From Squalus acanthias (Eukaryota), in contig CM059444.1 of NCBI GenBank assembly GCA_030390025.1, positions 32,240,001-32,304,000 on the forward strand: a DNA stretch of 64,000 nt. The letters run 5' to 3'. The first letter of the stretch is position 1; every line of letters begins with the position of its first letter. The notes beneath the pieces are model-generated. The model searched no databases. It saw only the letters and a list, made by a program, of their open reading frames with translations, and was not told the DNA's origin. A program made the position numbers and the translations under genes. This document shows positions 63,107-64,000 of this stretch, in pieces.

Positions 63107-63999
63107 GGGGGAGAAATTCAGTATCGCCCCATTTGGGGCGCAATTATCGGCCGGGCGCAAAGATTAGCGCCTGGCGCTAATTATCGCCACCGACTGCAAA
63201 CTTGACTTTTATCGCCCCTGGAGGTGATTGGAGCGCTATATCAGGCGCTTCACACCTGTCTTAAGGCGCAAATGCCGAGGAGCGAGGCGCTACCTCAGAG
63301 CGCTGGCGAAGCTCATGTAATGTCAGTCAGCAATGGAACACACACACAATGGCACGGGCCAGTTCTTAAAGGGGATGGTTAATCTTGCTTTCCATCCACA
63401 TCCTGCTCATTGCAGCCTTGAATCTCGGCCTGGAGAGACCTGCACATCAAATGTGCTGGAAAGAACAATGGAGAGTACCAGGCAAAGAGCTCAGAGTGCA
63501 GCCCCCACAGTCTCTGCTAAATCGATACAAGGAATGGCAAATCAAAATGAACCTGCAAAGTGCTGCTCAGTACCCAAAACTCCTTCACACAACGTTGAAT
63601 CTCTCCAGAAGTCTCTCCCTCTCTCTCTCAGAATGCGTAGTTCAAAAATGGCACCAACAATAAAAGGCACGAAGCGGACACCTTTAAATAGCGCTCCCCC
63701 TTTCCCTTCATGACTGCAGAACGCTCCCCTCAACCTGTCGTTGCTAGCGTCAGGCGGTAAGGCAGGGGGCACCACTCAATATCCGCTCCGGGGCGATACC
63801 GGGGCGTTGTGCACTCGAGTGACGTCATGATCTGCCGGCGCAGGAGATCGTGGCGGTAGTGTTTAGCGCCGCCGCAAAATGTCTAGTTAATTTCGCGAGC
63901 GGCGCAAACTTCGCCGCGCCTGGGCGCTAGATGCTTTGCGCCCCATTAGCGCCCTCTTAAGGCGCTAACGGGAGGCGCAACCAACTGAATTTTTCCCCC
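63107..63999. mobile_element. Young CpG-rich MITE, copy 2 (longer form)
   Basis: GGGGGAGAAATTCAG...CTGAATTTTTCCCCC; colinear with 45877-46560 but ~200 nt longer. Confidence 0.9.
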
Positions 64000-64000
64000 T

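Noticed and set aside
1-64000. Remaining short ORFs in the six-frame track, and any prokaryotic-type system (CRISPR, operon, defence island)
   Set aside because: The ORFs are chance frames in introns, antisense shadows of exons, or repeat fragments; the sequence is a vertebrate intron-exon locus with no regularly spaced repeat-spacer array.

Overview
AT-rich vertebrate genomic DNA, most likely from an elasmobranch (shark), inferred from HE1/V-SINE, SacSINE1-like, CR1, L2, Penelope and Harbinger-type repeats. The whole window lies inside one + strand gene, CADPS (CAPS1, Ca2+-dependent activator protein for secretion); neither end of the gene is present. Ten constitutive coding exons with consistent splice phases run from just after the PH domain into the MUN/MHD1 region. 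Seven frame-preserving cassette exons (12, 171, 69, 18, 102, 9 and 135 nt) are present, three of them microexons. One intron uses a GC donor. Main observations: (1) a candidate internal first exon (TATA-like box, uORFs, ATG encoding MVCRSFER) that would give a short CAPS1 lacking the C2/PH half; (2) a recent out-of-order partial copy of a coding exon with its donor intact; (3) other local templated duplications and fold-backs; (4) a Harbinger/PHIS-type MITE family with ANT target-site duplications and a shared internal motif; (5) an LF-SINE-like element split by two MITEs; (6) degenerate Penelope hammerhead ribozyme motifs. Protein and repeat identifications are from memory and manual reading, not from database searches.
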